The translations under genes and the position numbers were made by a program. A DNA stretch of 64,000 nt from assembly GCA_951406725.2 (NCBI GenBank), contig OX597814.1:191146001-191210000 (forward strand). The letters are read 5' to 3'. Below, piece after piece: positions 61,886 through 64,000 of the stretch. Each line of letters opens with the position of its first letter. Positions within the stretch are counted from its first letter, which is position 1. The DNA is from Octopus vulgaris. Taxonomy: Eukaryota. The notes under the pieces were generated by a model, which did no database searches, was not told where the DNA came from, and saw only the letters and a list, made by a program, of their open reading frames with translations.

Positions 61886-64000
61886 CTTTATTTCAATATC
61901 ATCTTATAATGTACATTTAAATGTACCTTATAATGTACATTTAAAAGCTTCTATACAGTCATCAGTTGCCATATACCATCATACAGCAGGGTTAAACTGG
62001 ATATACATGTGGAACTCCTTAAGCTGGATATGTGTGTATGTGTGTGTGTGTGAGTGTGCTCTATTAAAATCATTCACTAACTGTTGTTTGGTTATTATCA
62101 CTTGTCCTGTCAACAAATTATCCACTCATTTCTTGTTTCCTTGTGAATTAAAAAAGATCCCTTACTTGAATAACAGGTAAGAGTTAGCAACAGAAAGGGT
62201 ATCAAGCAGTAAAAAAACACCCCTAAGCCATGCATACAAAAATGAAAGTAAAAATAAAAGCGCACAATGACGTGCTTTGATGGGAGAAGAGTATATTATT
62301 GTTTATCAGTCAGCACGATTGTTTAATCTTTTATGTGGTTCTTATCTGTAGGATTAATGTGAAGATGAAAACATTTGTATTGTTTAAACAATTAGGTTTC
62401 ATCCAAATGAAATCCATTTAATTGATTGGCAGATTCTCTCATTGACATACTTTAACCACAAGTTCTCTCATATGTGCTTTCCTATTTTACACATTGCCTC
62501 TTCTGTCTCTTCAAACTGGACATCATTCGCATCAGCCTCACCCATCTGGGTGGGACTGCAAAGTTTGTTTGTACTTTCCCTTTATTTCTTGGACAAACTT
62601 GCACCCCTTGGTCAAACATTAATTATTAAATAGCATTATAGGAAGGGATATTGTATTATAATTGGAATAAATATAGATGGAAATTGCTTCTTTTTTTTGT
62701 GCCACTCAAACAAATGGTAATGATTTCATATTGTAAATATATGTCATTGATACGTTTTTCCCAGATCAATATTGCCTAATTGATTGAACTGTCTTATAAT
62801 TCCTTTTCAAGGTTCTGCTTGTAGATGTTTAAATACTACTGTCCAGTCTCTACTGGCTTGTAAAAACAGACAGTAAATTGATGAATGGGGATAACATAAA
62901 TGGTGTTAAGTAGAAAAGAAAAACAAGAAAAACTTGGATGAATATATAGGTTGAGTAAAGTTGCTTTTTATTAACCGGTTATGGTTGTTAAGCACCAGAT
63001 TAATGCTGATCTAGCAGATCTGCAACCAAAACCTTTTCAGCTGTATTCATTTCATCCAGTTTGAAGAAGTCTAATAGATTCATTGTTTGTCCTTAGGCTA
63101 GAGGCTAATGCATTATATAGGATGTCACTGTTGGTGATTCATTTGCTCCATTACTTATCAGTAGTAGATAGAAACTGAAGTCAACCAAGAATTAAAAAAC
63201 CTTAGTTTTCATGCCTATGTCTATTGTTTTCTGAATCTGCACTCAGAATTTATGAGTGTCACCTGTCAAATTTGCAACTTTCTTTGATGGAAACTGAACT
63301 TAATTTAAACAGATAATCCTATTTCTTCACTACCCACAAGGGGCTAAACACAGAGGGGACAAACAAGGACAGACACATGGATTAAGTCGATTACATCGAC
63401 CCCAGTGCGTAACTGGTACTTATTTAATTGACCCTGAAAGGATGAAAGGCAAAGTCGACCTCGGCAGAATTTGAACTCAGAACGTAACAGCAGACAAAAT
63501 ACCACTAAGCATTTCGTCCAACGTGCTAACGGTTCTACCAGCTCGCCACCTTAAAGGATTTTAACTCTGTCATTTTCTACTCCACTCTTTGGTTCACTCA
63601 GTTTTTCATTGTTGTTCTGCCAGTGTTAGAATGTTAGCTACCATGCTGAATCAGTATCTACCATCTTTCTTATGGTTCTTGTTGTCCTAAGCAAAAAGAC
63701 TTTCTGTAGAGTCAAAAATTTCACTTCAATATCCACCATCTTCAACCAACCATTTAAACTTCTTGCAGCTGTTCTTAAGTTTCTGTTACAATTTGCCTTT
63801 CATCCTTTCGGGGTCGATAAATTAGGTACCAGTTATGCACTGGGGTCGATGTAATCGACATAATCCCTTTGTCTGTCCTTGTTTGTCCCCTCTATGTTTA
63901 GCCCCTTGTGGGTAATAAAGAAACAGGTATTTCGTCTGCTGTTACATTCTGAGTTCAAATTCTGCTGAGGTTGACTTTGCCTTTCATCCTTTCGGGATCA

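Noticed and set aside
62420-62860. Coding-like minus-strand stretch (…MGEADANDVQFEETEEAMCKIGKH…)
   Set aside because: Stops occur in all frames within a short distance and there is no recognisable domain; not enough to call an exon or a second gene.
75-63854. Most 60-175 aa ORFs in the track (e.g. LDALPNANHS, YVPPA, YIYIYI, CVCVC peptides)
   Set aside because: They are translations of SINE/LINE UTR sequence and microsatellites, recur in several frames and strands, and lack splice-consistent structure.

Overview
AT-rich, repeat-dense eukaryotic genomic DNA. The repeat families look like those of Octopus (coleoid cephalopod); this is recognition from memory, not a database result. One large minus-strand gene spans most of the window, an RBM33-like RNA-binding protein gene. 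I rebuilt it by hand as a probable non-coding first exon near 50.7 kb plus 14 coding exons (44308 down to 4019; 4230 nt = 1410 codons, all splice phases consistent), and it continues past the left edge. Introns and the upstream region are filled with tRNA-derived SINEs, RTE, CR1 and R4/Dong-type LINE fragments, non-autonomous Helitrons, piggyBac, mariner and hAT derivatives, Penelope-type repeats and microsatellites. Most notable: (i) several minimal hammerhead-ribozyme motifs whose intact cores are antisense to the host pre-mRNA while sense copies carry core substitutions; (ii) an RTE 3' UTR built from ~60-bp units that each fit a compact H-type pseudoknot; (iii) a 234-bp duplication that creates a second, stop-containing acceptor for a coding exon; (iv) a GC-AG intron; (v) long intronic inverted repeats. 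There is no CRISPR array or prokaryotic system. Almost all short ORFs in the supplied track are repeat-derived noise.
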